From assembly GCA_964386425.1 (NCBI GenBank), contig CAYLQO010000001.1:1-56856 (forward strand): DNA of 56,856 bases. The letters are read 5' to 3'. The notes beneath the pieces are model-generated. The model did not search any database, was not told where the DNA came from, and worked only from the letters and a program-made list of their open reading frames with translations. The stretch's first letter is position 1; each line of letters opens with the position of its first letter. Below are positions 28,358-38,799 of this stretch, one piece after another. Source of the stretch: an uncultured Gammaproteobacteria bacterium. GTDB taxonomy: Bacteria; Patescibacteriota; Patescibacteriia; UBA1558; S5-K13. The position numbers and the translations under genes are program-made.

Positions 28358-29438
28358 CTAATTTTTCATTTATATAATTTGCAATTTCTGTTTCAAACCT
28401 ATTCCTAGAAAAATTTTGTGCATGATTTTTTATAAATTCATGATCAAAATTCATTTTACTAAAATCTAAAATGCCTTCCGCGAGTGATGGCCAATTTTGT
28501 TCTTCAAAAAATACTCCAGTTTTCCCGTCAATCATTGTTTCAAGTGCTCCACCCTTTTTATATGCAATTACTGGACATCCTGAAGCAAGTGCTTCTACAA
28601 GTGAAATTCCAAAATCTTCTTCTTGTGGATGAATAAACGCTTTGGCCCTAGATAAATATTTAAACTTTTCTTCATCGCTAACTTCCCCTAAAAATTCTAT
28701 ATTATCTTTTGCCATACTTTTATAATAATCAATATCTCCCCCACCTATAATTTTTAGTGGCAATTTCAACTGATTAAATGTTTGAATTGCTAAATCAATT
28801 TTTTTGTATGGTCTAAGTCGAGATACTAAAATATAATAATCACTTTTTTCATCACTATAAAAATTTTCTACATCAACTGGCGGATAAATAACGTGTGATT
28901 CTTTGTTATAGTATTTTTTAATTCTACTAGCGATAAAATGGGAATTTGCAATAAAATAATCGACTTCTTGTGCTTTTCTATAATCCCATTCTTTCATATT
29001 TTCTAAAACATTTATTAAAAAAAGTCTTATTGGTTTTGGAAATCTAAGCCCATCAACATATTCTTTCATATCACTCCACAAATATCTAGTTGGTGTATGA
29101 CAGTAACAAAAATGTGTAGTGCCTTTTGGCTTTGTTATTCCTTTTGCAAAAGCAGAAGTTGAAGAAAGAATTACATTATAATCAGATAAATCAAAACTCT
29201 CCCATGCTTTTGGCATGAAGGGTAAAAATAATTTAAATAATTTAGTAGAGCCAGGAATTTTTTGTAGATAAGATGTCCTAATGTCACAGCCCCTCAAAAA
29301 CTCCCTACTTCTTTTATTACAAATTAAAGTATAGATTGGGCTATTAGGAAATACTTTATGAAACTCCAAAAGTACCCTTTCTGCTCCACCGATTTGAAAT
29401 AAATGATCATGAGTTATTGCTAATTTTCTGTCTTTCAT
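28341..29438 (-). CDS. glycosyltransferase family 4
   Basis: 365 aa product with HPQEEDFGISLVEALASGCPVIA (EX7E motif). Confidence 0.8.
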   Translation of the reverse strand: MKDRKLAITHDHLFQIGGAERVLLEFHKVFPNSPIYTLICNKRSREFLRGCDIRTSYLQKIPGSTKLFKLFLPFMPKAWESFDLSDYNVILSSTSAFAKGITKPKGTTHFCYCHTPTRYLWSDMKEYVDGLRFPKPIRLFLINVLENMKEWDYRKAQEVDYFIANSHFIASRIKKYYNKESHVIYPPVDVENFYSDEKSDYYILVSRLRPYKKIDLAIQTFNQLKLPLKIIGGGDIDYYKSMAKDNIEFLGEVSDEEKFKYLSRAKAFIHPQEEDFGISLVEALASGCPVIAYKKGGALETMIDGKTGVFFEEQNWPSLAEGILDFSKMNFDHEFIKNHAQNFSRNRFETEIANYINEKLDENRN

Positions 29439-29523
29439 ATAAAGAATTATAGATAATTAAAGACCTCTGGTCAACTAAACAAAAAATGAGTCAAATACCC
29501 ATTTTTATATAAATTATAGTTAA

Positions 29524-30906
29524 TTAAACAGCTTCTTTTTTAAAAAGAACTTTAAATGTTTTAAGTAGTATTCTCAAGTCCAACATTAAACTCCAATTTT
29601 CTATATAATAAACATCAAGCCTTACCTCGTCTTCAAATTTTAAATTTGATCGCCCTGAAACCTGAGCCATTCCTGTTATACCTGGTTTTATAACTAAAAG
29701 TTGCATTTGTTCATCTTTATACTGCGAAACCTCACGAGGCTCATGAGCACGAGGTCCAACCAAACTCATTTGTCCTTTTATCACATTTAAAATTTGTGGG
29801 ATTTCATCAATTGAAGTGCGTCTTAAAAATTTTCCAACATGTGTAATTCTTGGATCATGCTTCATTTTAAAAAGTGGCCCATCATTTCTTTCATTAAATT
29901 TTATAAGTTCGTCTTTCATTTTTTCAGCATTATCAATCATTGATCTAAATTTATACATTTTAAATTCTCTATTTTTTGCTCCAATTCTGTTTAATTTTAC
30001 TAAAACTGGACCATGGGAATCAATTTTTATAATTATTCCTACGATTATATAAATTGGAATAAATACAATTAGACCCATAATTGAAAGAATAAAATCGAAA
30101 AATCTTTTCCAAATTCTTCCCCACCCCTCAAGTCGAGTTCTTTTTATTTCCACAATTGGAATCCCCGCAACATCATTTACTTCAAAATTTATTATTTTTG
30201 TTTCAAGAAGCGATGCTGTATATTTATAAGTAATATGTTTTACATTACATAAATTTATAAGCTGCGAAACAAATTCTTTTTCTGCATATGGATCAACAAG
30301 AATCATTTCATCAATTTTATTATCTGAAATATAATTTTTAATTTCATTGATTGAATTTTCATTTATTAAAAATTGATTTACTACTTCATATCCATATGTT
30401 TTGTCATTTTTAAATTCTGTTTTTAATTCTTCACTTGTTTCATTATTTCCAACGAGTATAATTTTTATTTTTATAATTCCTTTTTTAGCTAAGATTCTTC
30501 TTGTTATGTCTAGTATTATTCTTTCAATTAATAACAAAAAAACACCTATGACCCAATATATTATTACTATAAATCTAGATGAAAATAATCTTTGATTAAA
30601 GAAAAAAGCGATAATTAATATTAAAATAAATGTTGAGCAAGCTGAAAATACTTTTGCAAACTTTTGATAAACTGTTCTTTTTTCAGAACTATAAAGTCCA
30701 GAGATCATGAAAATTAAAATTGCAACGAAAGAAACTCCAATCAATATCTTAAAAAATAAAAAAAACGGCAACTCAAAAATTACCGGTCTATATTGAACTA
30801 CAAATTCTGCAAATCTCAAATAATAAGCAATTATTCCTGAAATCACGAGTAAAATAAAATCAAGTGGAATTTCTATTGCGTTTAAAAAAAGTTTATTTCT
30901 TATCAT
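29524..30906 (-). CDS. polyprenyl-phosphate glycosyl-1-phosphate transferase (WbaP/EpsL-like bacterial sugar transferase)
   Basis: The C-terminal domain reads KRFFDFILSIMGL...YKFRSM...PQILNVIKGQMSLVGPRA. I place the start at MIRNKLF (30906). The track ORF extends to 31014, but that extension overlaps the RNase P RNA 3' end and a 12 bp palindrome. Confidence 0.8.
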   Translation of the reverse strand: MIRNKLFLNAIEIPLDFILLVISGIIAYYLRFAEFVVQYRPVIFELPFFLFFKILIGVSFVAILIFMISGLYSSEKRTVYQKFAKVFSACSTFILILIIAFFFNQRLFSSRFIVIIYWVIGVFLLLIERIILDITRRILAKKGIIKIKIILVGNNETSEELKTEFKNDKTYGYEVVNQFLINENSINEIKNYISDNKIDEMILVDPYAEKEFVSQLINLCNVKHITYKYTASLLETKIINFEVNDVAGIPIVEIKRTRLEGWGRIWKRFFDFILSIMGLIVFIPIYIIVGIIIKIDSHGPVLVKLNRIGAKNREFKMYKFRSMIDNAEKMKDELIKFNERNDGPLFKMKHDPRITHVGKFLRRTSIDEIPQILNVIKGQMSLVGPRAHEPREVSQYKDEQMQLLVIKPGITGMAQVSGRSNLKFEDEVRLDVYYIENWSLMLDLRILLKTFKVLFKKEAV

Positions 30907-31009
30907 AAACTGAATATAATAAATTTTTGCTAAATTAGCTATAAGCCGAATTCTGTCTCCCCTACTATATAAAATTTTTATTAAAAATTTCATATAGTAG
31001 GGGATGATG

Positions 31010-31350
31010 ATCATCTATCTTGTCTATTTATCACTAAATAGATCTAGCAACCTACCACTCCAGCTAAGCTGGATTTCTTAGTTTTGCACCGAATAGAGTT
31101 TACCTCATCTCTATTGTCACCAATAGAGCGTCTGAGCTAATTATCTCAGAATTTCACCCTTAGTTAATCAAATTAGTTAAACTAATCAGATTATCAGGAA
31201 TATTTTCTGTTGTACTTGTCCTCTTTTAAAATTACTTTTAAAAGGGTTGCTGTTAGCAACTATTCCCAAGTTATAAAACTTGGCAAAAATGGTGTTCGGA
31301 CTTTCCTCGATGAGTCAAAACGATTCACCGCGATCATCCGCTAATCTAGC
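31010..31350 (-). ncRNA. rnpB: RNase P RNA (bacterial)
   Basis: The reverse complement of 31298-31308 is GAGGAAAGTCC, the universal P4 strand. AAGGGTGAAA is at 31152-31161 (rc). AAGAAATCCAGCTTAG is at 31064-31079 (rc) and resembles the conserved ACAGAANNCGGCTTA region. The ends are approximate. Confidence 0.85.
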
Positions 31351-31358
31351 TTATATAT

Positions 31359-31385
31359 ATTATAACAATTATTTAATTTTGTCAA
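31359..31385 (-). promoter_or_regulatory. promoter of rnpB
   Basis: On the minus strand: TTGACA (31385-31380), a 15 nt spacer, then an extended -10 TGTTATAAT ending at 31359. Confidence 0.6.
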
Positions 31386-31396
31386 ATAATGAAAAT

Positions 31397-32362
31397 TTAT
31401 TTTTTAATAGACAATTTATTAAAAAATTTTAAAACATTATCATTACAATACATACTATGTTTTTCTGGGTCATTCAATATTTTGTCTCTTAAAGATTGTG
31501 TATCCTTCTCATTATTAAAATTCTCAAAAAAAGATAATAATTTTTGATATTCACTTATTATATCTTCTTTACAATATAATAATTCTTCATGTCCATTTAC
31601 TATATATTTTTTTCTGTCTTCGGGTGCATACTTTTGTGCATAATCTATAAAATATTTAATTTGTAATATAATTTGATCTAAAATTATAAAACGAAGCGGG
31701 TGTTCATTCCTTATTTGTTCATGAAAATCACCACACCACAATGGAAAAATATTTTGCAAAGTCTTAAAATCTATGCCAATAATAAGTTTTGGTATATTAT
31801 CTAGGCTTGTCCTTTCTGGATCTTTGTCTGATTTAAAATATTTAACATAAGACAATCTTCCATCTTGTATGTTTTTCTCTATAATATTCACTTTTTTCTT
31901 TAAATTCATGCTGTCTTCATCAGAAGACATAGCAACATCATATGCAATAGCAGAATAATCATATTTTCCAGTTTTTTGATTTGATATCTGCATAATACTA
32001 TCCACGCCATTTACATAATCATCAAACTTACAAGTACTTATTGTTTCTATATCACCAAAAATCATATTCTGATCTATTTGTTGATACAAAATAGCCTCCA
32101 AGATTGTAGCCATTTGTTTATTTTTTTCTGCCATTTCATCATTATTTTTTTTCCATTTGTTTTCTTTATGAATAACTTCTTTTTCATCTTTTTCTTTGTC
32201 TTCTAATGAATAAACATTATTAAAAAATGGATCTCTAGGATTAATTCTACATACTTTCAATATTTCATTTGCCTTATTATATCCAAATAATCTATCAACT
32301 TCATAATCTTCATCACCATAACTTAATTCTCTTTTTTCGGTCCAATCTTTATTTTCAAACAT
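31397..32362 (-). CDS. hypothetical protein (no family recognised)
   Basis: 321 aa acidic/lysine-rich cytosolic-looking ORF with host-like AT-rich codons. Confidence 0.6.
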   Translation of the reverse strand: MFENKDWTEKRELSYGDEDYEVDRLFGYNKANEILKVCRINPRDPFFNNVYSLEDKEKDEKEVIHKENKWKKNNDEMAEKNKQMATILEAILYQQIDQNMIFGDIETISTCKFDDYVNGVDSIMQISNQKTGKYDYSAIAYDVAMSSDEDSMNLKKKVNIIEKNIQDGRLSYVKYFKSDKDPERTSLDNIPKLIIGIDFKTLQNIFPLWCGDFHEQIRNEHPLRFIILDQIILQIKYFIDYAQKYAPEDRKKYIVNGHEELLYCKEDIISEYQKLLSFFENFNNEKDTQSLRDKILNDPEKHSMYCNDNVLKFFNKLSIKK

Positions 32363-32480
32363 GTGTTTAAATTAAATAATTAATATGATATATTCATATA
32401 ATAAATAAATATCTATGTCAATATTGACAAAAAAATTTAATATGATATTATAATACAACTTATCAAAAAGGAGGTTTTAA

Positions 32481-32786
32481 ATGAGAATTATCGGAGATAT
32501 CTACAATCCCGAGCAAACTGCTCTTACTGAATATCTCATAAAACGTTTCATGAATGATTCTTGGATGAGAGATTTATTACTATGGATCATCAACATCAAC
32601 AAGGATGCTACAATTGTAATTCCGTGGTTTTGGGAAAAAACAACGATCAGAATCAATCTCATAACATTCATTACCATTTTAGGAGAAAATCAAACAATGA
32701 TGGTTTTTTGGGATGAATTTTTATATCTCCCGGAAGACAAAACAACACCAAAAAAATTCTTAAGAAAGATTATGAAGAAATGCTAG
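32481..32786 (+). CDS. hypothetical protein (no family recognised)
   Basis: 101 aa product. The SD AAAGGAGG is 6 nt before the ATG. TTGACA is at 32424-32429. A strong terminator follows immediately. Confidence 0.65.
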   Translation: MRIIGDIYNPEQTALTEYLIKRFMNDSWMRDLLLWIININKDATIVIPWFWEKTTIRINLITFITILGENQTMMVFWDEFLYLPEDKTTPKKFLRKIMKKC

Positions 32787-32819
32787 AGTTGGATTCCGTG
32801 GAGTCCAACTCTTTTTTTA
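32785..32819 (+). terminator. intrinsic terminator
   Basis: AGAGTTGGA (32785-32793) pairs with TCCAACTCT (32804-32812), a 9 bp stem. A T7 run follows. Confidence 0.8.
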
Positions 32820-33914
32820 TAAATTATTAAAAAAATCAACTGTTTTTTCTGCACTTTTCTCCCATGTATAATTATCTAAAATCTCAAAATTTTTATCAAT
32901 TATATAATTTCTGAACTCCTCGTCTTTTAATATTTTCATTGCTTTTTTCACTGCATCTTTTGAAAAATCTTTAATATAACAGTTCTCATCTAAATTTATT
33001 TCTCTGAAAACTTCTATATCAGATATTAAAAGTGGAACTTTTAATATTGCTGCTTCTAAAATTGTCATTCCAAATCCTTCAAAATTTGAAAAATTTAGAT
33101 AAAGCGAAGAATTTTTTAAAATTTGAATTTTTTCATTTTCGCTTACATAGCCCAAAATTTTTATATGATCTTTAAATTTTGAATTATTAATCTTTGACTG
33201 TATTTTATCATAACCAAATCCTGGCTTACCAATTAAAACAAGTTCGTAATTTATACCGAATTCATTACAATAATTGTCATAAAAATCTATAAGTCCCGAG
33301 ATATTTTTCTTAGCTTCTAATCTTCCAATATATACAAAATAATTTTTTAAATTGTGTTTTTCTAAAACCTCTCTATTGTCTAATATATTATTATATTTTT
33401 CAAAATCAATTCCGTGTTGAACAACTTTAATTTTATTTTCTGGAATATTATAAAATTTTATTATATCTTTTTTCGTAAATTGTGATGGGGAAATTATAAT
33501 ATCGGCCTTTTTTAACTTTTTTGCACCTAATTTAAGTGATAATAATTGTAGTTTTGAATAATACTCGCTGTAATATTCATACCCTAAATCATGCCATGTT
33601 ATAACTTTTTTACAATAACACTCTGGTAAATTATGAGAGGGGGAAAAAAACAAATCTAAATTATATTTTTTAATTCCAGTGCTTAATTTTATAATTGTCC
33701 AAAACTTTTTCATTGGCCAATTTAAAATAATATTTTTAACATTTTTAAATTTAGTAAACTCTTCTCCTAGTTTTTCTCTTGAAAATAAAAAATATTGATT
33801 TTCTCTATCAATATTTAAAATATTTTTCACAATATAATAAGAATACCATTCAGTGCCGGTTTTCTGTTTTATTTCAATTCTTGAACAATCAATTCCAATA
33901 TTCATAAGTTTCAA
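32817..33914 (-). CDS. glycosyltransferase family 4
   Basis: 365 aa product with FSNFEGFGMTILEAAILKVPLL (EX7E motif). Confidence 0.78.
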   Translation of the reverse strand: MKLMNIGIDCSRIEIKQKTGTEWYSYYIVKNILNIDRENQYFLFSREKLGEEFTKFKNVKNIILNWPMKKFWTIIKLSTGIKKYNLDLFFSPSHNLPECYCKKVITWHDLGYEYYSEYYSKLQLLSLKLGAKKLKKADIIISPSQFTKKDIIKFYNIPENKIKVVQHGIDFEKYNNILDNREVLEKHNLKNYFVYIGRLEAKKNISGLIDFYDNYCNEFGINYELVLIGKPGFGYDKIQSKINNSKFKDHIKILGYVSENEKIQILKNSSLYLNFSNFEGFGMTILEAAILKVPLLISDIEVFREINLDENCYIKDFSKDAVKKAMKILKDEEFRNYIIDKNFEILDNYTWEKSAEKTVDFFNNL

Positions 33915-33993
33915 ATTTTAGATTTTAGCCAGAAGAAAAATGGGTATAATTCTAACAGCTAAAACCTAAAAACTAAAACCGGAACTTAATTAA

Positions 33994-35007
33994 TTATTTT
34001 GCTGATAATAAACTCCTCTTATATGATTCTAAATTTTCAAGTGCAATACCAGTTCCCTTTGCAACAGAAAGATATGGATGATCTGATACATATGATGGAA
34101 CACCAGTTGTTTGAGTTAATAATTTATCTAAATTTCTAAGTTGAGCTGTGCCACCTGAAAGAATCATTCCCTTTTCCATAACATCTGCGGATAGCTCCGG
34201 CGGAGTATCAAACAAAACTGCCTTTATTGCAGAAATAATTCCGTAAATGTCATTTTGTAATGCCTCTGTTATATCATCTGATGTTATTTTTAAAATTCTT
34301 GGAAGTCCTGTTACCATATCTCTTCCTTTTATTTGCATACTCATTTTTTCTTTATCTTCCAAAAATAAAGCTGAACCAATTTTTATTTTTGCTTGTTCTG
34401 AAGTAGATTCTCCAATAGCAAGTCCATATTTTTTCTTAATATGCTCCATTATTGACGCATCAAATTTTGTACCACCAATTCTGACGGATTTGCAAGTTAC
34501 TATTCCACCCAGTGAAATAACAGCAATTTCTGTTGTTCCTCCACCAAGTTCAACTATCATATGACCTGAAGCTGATCCGATTGGAATTTCGGCTCCAATA
34601 GCAGCTGCAAGTGGTTGTTTTATTATATATGCTGCTTTTGCTCCTGCGGAGATTGTGGCACCTATCACGGCTCTTCGCTCTGTTGAAGTAATGCCGGCTG
34701 GAACTGATATCATAACTTCTGGTCTTAGTATTTTAATTCCAGAAAGAGCTTTGTTAATAAAATATCTTAACATACTCTCTGTTGTCCTATAATCAGCTAT
34801 AACACCATCCTTAAGTGGTCTATAGGCCATTATAGAATCAGGTGTACGGCCAATCATTTCTTTTGCCTCGTTTCCAACAGCAAGTACTTTTTTATCTATT
34901 GTTGAAATAGCAACAACAGAGGGTTCATTTATTATAATCCCTTTTTTGGGCACATAAACTAATGTTGTTGTAGTGCCAAGATCAATTGCTATTTTTTTTC
35001 TAAACAT
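33994..35007 (-). CDS. mreB: rod shape-determining protein MreB (paralogue 2)
   Basis: 337 aa actin-fold product with IAIDLGTTTTLVYV, VELGGGTTEIAVISLGGI and MILSGGTAQLRNLDKLL. Confidence 0.88.
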   Translation of the reverse strand: MFRKKIAIDLGTTTTLVYVPKKGIIINEPSVVAISTIDKKVLAVGNEAKEMIGRTPDSIMAYRPLKDGVIADYRTTESMLRYFINKALSGIKILRPEVMISVPAGITSTERRAVIGATISAGAKAAYIIKQPLAAAIGAEIPIGSASGHMIVELGGGTTEIAVISLGGIVTCKSVRIGGTKFDASIMEHIKKKYGLAIGESTSEQAKIKIGSALFLEDKEKMSMQIKGRDMVTGLPRILKITSDDITEALQNDIYGIISAIKAVLFDTPPELSADVMEKGMILSGGTAQLRNLDKLLTQTTGVPSYVSDHPYLSVAKGTGIALENLESYKRSLLSAK

Positions 35008-35009
35008 TT

Positions 35010-35477
35010 TTATTTTATATCTAAAATTTTACATTTTACTATTCCTTTTGGAACCTCTACTTCAAATTCATCTCCTTTTAATTTTCCAATAAGTGACTGT
35101 CCAAGTGGTGAATTATAAGAAATTAATCCTTTAAGCGGATCACTATCTGTAGCTCCCACTATTTCAAATTCTTTTTTATGTCCATCAAATTCCGCTGTTA
35201 ATATTGAACCAATTTCAACAATGCTACTTTTTGTAGAAGATGATTTATCAACCACGCTTGATGTTTTAAAAAGATGCTCAATTTCTAAAATTCTGCCCTC
35301 TATAAAAGCTTGTTCATCTTTCGCATCTTGATATTCAGCATTCTCAGACAAATCACCGAATTCTCTTGCCTTATCTATTCTCTTGGCAACTTCTAATCTT
35401 TTTGTCTTTTTTAAATATTCAAGTTCTTCTTTTAATTTTTTATATCCCTCTTCTGTTAAGAAACTTGTATCTACCAT
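35010..35477 (-). CDS. greA: transcription elongation factor GreA
   Basis: 155 aa product with LTEEGYKKLKEELEYLK...REFGDLSENAEYQDAKDEQ. Confidence 0.92.
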   Translation of the reverse strand: MVDTSFLTEEGYKKLKEELEYLKKTKRLEVAKRIDKAREFGDLSENAEYQDAKDEQAFIEGRILEIEHLFKTSSVVDKSSSTKSSIVEIGSILTAEFDGHKKEFEIVGATDSDPLKGLISYNSPLGQSLIGKLKGDEFEVEVPKGIVKCKILDIK

Positions 35478-35550
35478 AGATTTGTTATTGTTTAATAGAA
35501 AAACTAGACAGCGCTAAAGCTCTCTAATTATATTAATTTAAAGCAAAATT

Positions 35551-37482
35551 TCATTTCTGCCTATCTTTAAAATACCATAATAAAATGTCTCTAGCAAGTG
35601 GCACAGCCACACTACTTCCTTCTCCCCCACCCTCTATTATTATTGTAATTGCTATTTCTGAATTTTGAAACGGGGCATAACCTGTAAACCAAGCATGAGT
35701 TTTTCCTTCATTTCCAAATTGTGCTGTTCCTGTCTTGCCGGCCATTTCAAACGGAAGAGTGGATAAAAACCTAGAACTCCCAGATAAAACACCTTCTCTC
35801 ATACCATCTTGAACTATTTTTATTTTATCTGCGTCAATAAAATTAGAATTTTTTACTTTTATTGGCATTATTTCTTGTTTATCATTAATATCAATTTTTT
35901 TATCAACAATTTTTGGTTCATATAAAATTCCACCATTAGCTATAGCGCCCGTCATCATGGCAATTTGAAGTGGGGTAACGAGTGCATCTCCCTGACCAAT
36001 ACTTAAATGATATGTGTCTCCTATATACCATGGCTCATTTGTTGCATTTTTCTTCCACTCTTCTGTGGGTAAAAATCCATCTGCCTCATTTGGTAGATCT
36101 ATTCCTAATTTTTGAGATAATCCAAATTTTTTTGCATATTCTACAATTTTTGACAAACCCAATCCTTCAAAATTATCATAACCCCCACCTATTGTATAAA
36201 AAAATGTATTAACAGATTCTGATATTGCCTTCGTAACATTTGTAGACCCATGACCCCCGGATTTCCAATCGGGAAAAAACCATTGTCCAACTTTAATACC
36301 ACCTGTACTCATAAATCTTGTATTTATATCAACAATATTTTCTTGTAGGGATGCTCCAGCCATTATTAACTTAAATGTGGAACCAGGTGGGTATTCTCCA
36401 GATATAGCCCTAAAAAACATGGGTAAATTGATATCTTCGATTACTTTTTTATAATCTTCTTCATTTAATTTTTCTGAAAATATATTATTATCATAAGAAG
36501 GCGTTGAAATTAATGCCAAAATTCTTCCATTTCTTGGATCAATCGCTACAATACTTGCTTTTTTAAATCCACTTTTAGATAAAACATTATTTAAAAGTTC
36601 ATATGATTTTAATTGCAAATCTAAATCAAGAGACAAGACTAAATTAGTTCCATCTTGTGCTTTATCAAATGCAACCTCCTTAATTTCCTTTCCAAGAGAA
36701 TCAACCTCTATCTTTCTTCTCCCAACTATACCCCTTAAATCTTTTTCATAAACATATTCGAGTCCAGTTTTACCAATTTTATCATCTAAAAAATACCCCT
36801 TATTATTTAACTGTTTATATTCTGTGTCTGAAATTTTTCCCATATACCCTAAAATATGTGAAAGTGGCTCTTTATAAATATATTCTCTTTTATTATCCAT
36901 AATAACTGAAATACCATTTAAATTTTTTGTTAATACCATCAACTTCATTGCATCTTCATAACTAAGCGATTCTTTTATAATTCTTGGTTTAAAATTTTCT
37001 AATACATCCTTAGAAATATATTTTGATAAATCCAATTCATTATCTCTTAGATTTTGTCTTAAAATATTTTGAGAACTCAACAGTTCATCATTATTTTTTG
37101 GAAGATCAATTGGCAAAATCTGCAAAGAAAAACTTGCACCATTTTTTAAAAGTGGCTTCATGTTTTTATCGTAAATAATGCCTCTGTTTGAGTCTACTCT
37201 TTTCACCCTAATTCTATTTTCATCTGCAAATAATCTATAATTATTTCCGTTTATAATTTGTAAATAAAAAATTTTTCCAAAAATGATTATCCAAATACAA
37301 AACATTAAAATAGTCATTATAGAAAATCTATATTTATTAAGCAGAACTCCAATACTTCCTCCACTCTCAAATGTATTAAAAAAGTCTCCGATTCCTCTTT
37401 TTTGGGAATAGTCCTTGATTACAGAATTTTTTTTATCTGGCCTAGATTTTAAATCTATTTCAGATATTTCAAAATAATCCAT
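35551..37482 (-). CDS. mrdA: penicillin-binding protein 2 (class B transpeptidase)
   Basis: 643 aa product with an N-terminal TM helix and the motifs SxxK (PGSTFKL), SxN (SESVN) and KTGT. It is adjacent to mreCD. Confidence 0.85.
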   Translation of the reverse strand: MDYFEISEIDLKSRPDKKNSVIKDYSQKRGIGDFFNTFESGGSIGVLLNKYRFSIMTILMFCIWIIIFGKIFYLQIINGNNYRLFADENRIRVKRVDSNRGIIYDKNMKPLLKNGASFSLQILPIDLPKNNDELLSSQNILRQNLRDNELDLSKYISKDVLENFKPRIIKESLSYEDAMKLMVLTKNLNGISVIMDNKREYIYKEPLSHILGYMGKISDTEYKQLNNKGYFLDDKIGKTGLEYVYEKDLRGIVGRRKIEVDSLGKEIKEVAFDKAQDGTNLVLSLDLDLQLKSYELLNNVLSKSGFKKASIVAIDPRNGRILALISTPSYDNNIFSEKLNEEDYKKVIEDINLPMFFRAISGEYPPGSTFKLIMAGASLQENIVDINTRFMSTGGIKVGQWFFPDWKSGGHGSTNVTKAISESVNTFFYTIGGGYDNFEGLGLSKIVEYAKKFGLSQKLGIDLPNEADGFLPTEEWKKNATNEPWYIGDTYHLSIGQGDALVTPLQIAMMTGAIANGGILYEPKIVDKKIDINDKQEIMPIKVKNSNFIDADKIKIVQDGMREGVLSGSSRFLSTLPFEMAGKTGTAQFGNEGKTHAWFTGYAPFQNSEIAITIIIEGGGEGSSVAVPLARDILLWYFKDRQK

Positions 37483-37483
37483 A

Positions 37484-37993
37484 TTAGCCTATTGAAATAA
37501 ATCTATTTTTAGTTTTGTGTGAAAAAACATTTGTAAGCGAATAAAAAACAGAAGAAATAACTACATTAAAAAACATACCCTCAAAACACATAACTATATA
37601 TCTTCCAAAATTTATATTATAAATACCCAAATTCAAACTTCTTATAAAAAGACCATAAATTAAAAAAAAGATGAACAATAAAAACATTCCTATTAAATTC
37701 ATCCAAACATATGTGGAAAACCTATCATTTGGTAAGAGCTCTTTTTCCATATAATAAAGGATTATAAATATTAATAAAAATGAAAAAAGATAAGCGCCAA
37801 AATTTATTGCAAAAAAATCCATTATCAAAGCACCTATAAAAGCTGACAAAAGTGCATCATTGGGATTATGAAAGAATAAAATATAAATAAAAAATATTAA
37901 AGAAATGTTTAAATTTAAAATTCCGAAATCAAAACTTGATTGTATTAATGCAAGAATAATAGAAAAAATTATTATAAAAATTTTTAATCTCAT
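37484..37993 (-). CDS. mreD: rod shape-determining protein MreD
   Basis: 169 aa polytopic membrane protein directly downstream of mreC. The call rests on position and architecture. Confidence 0.65.
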   Translation of the reverse strand: MRLKIFIIIFSIILALIQSSFDFGILNLNISLIFFIYILFFHNPNDALLSAFIGALIMDFFAINFGAYLFSFLLIFIILYYMEKELLPNDRFSTYVWMNLIGMFLLFIFFLIYGLFIRSLNLGIYNINFGRYIVMCFEGMFFNVVISSVFYSLTNVFSHKTKNRFISIG

Positions 37994-38790
37994 TGGCTTA
38001 TCATAACATTAACAAAGCTTAAAAAATTCACATCAAAAAATGGATAAATTACTGCTGTTTTAAAATAATCTCCGTCTGAAAAAGACAACTCTCTAATTTG
38101 ACCAATGACCAAACCTCTTGGAATATATTCTTCAAAACCAGAACTTGTAACTATATCACCTTGTTTAACTTTTGAATCTAATGGTATGTAATACATTTCC
38201 ATTGCGTTTGCTAAATTTCCCCTTAAAACACCAGAAATTTTTTCTTCCCCCTGGATTGAAGCACTTATTATGCTTTTCCTGTCAGATAAAAGTATAACGT
38301 CAGAAAAATCATCATCTGCTTTTAATATTGTTCCTATTAAAACACCGTTATATAAAACAGGTAAATTATCAAAAACACCATCATTTTTACCGGCATTAAT
38401 TCTTACAACATTGCCACTATCTAAATTAAATCCTGATATAACCTCAGCTGTTACAAATTTAAAACTTGGATTCTTTACATAAGAAATTTCATTTTTTAAT
38501 AAAATATTTTCATTTTTTAACTCTTCTAGCTTACTATAATCAACTATTCTTTCTGATAATTGTTTATTTATATCGTTTATATAATTACTTATTTCTCTGT
38601 GATGAAAAATATAATAAAAATAAGAATCTATATTTTGACTTAAATCATAAGACACGGACCTTGGTTTTGATGTAATATTAAAAAATCCTCTTTTAAGTGG
38701 AGAGAGTATTTTATTATAGTTTAATATTATAAGAACAAATGAAATTATTAAAATCCAGAAAAAAAATTTTCTCTTTAGAGATTGTCTCAT
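37990..38790 (-). CDS. mreC: rod shape-determining protein MreC
   Basis: 266 aa product with an N-terminal TM helix and a coiled coil (KLEELKNENILLKNE). The beta-barrel domains contain GDIVTSSG and IPRGLVIGQI. Confidence 0.82.
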   Translation of the reverse strand: MRQSLKRKFFFWILIISFVLIILNYNKILSPLKRGFFNITSKPRSVSYDLSQNIDSYFYYIFHHREISNYINDINKQLSERIVDYSKLEELKNENILLKNEISYVKNPSFKFVTAEVISGFNLDSGNVVRINAGKNDGVFDNLPVLYNGVLIGTILKADDDFSDVILLSDRKSIISASIQGEEKISGVLRGNLANAMEMYYIPLDSKVKQGDIVTSSGFEEYIPRGLVIGQIRELSFSDGDYFKTAVIYPFFDVNFLSFVNVMISQ

Positions 38791-38799
38791 ATATTTATA

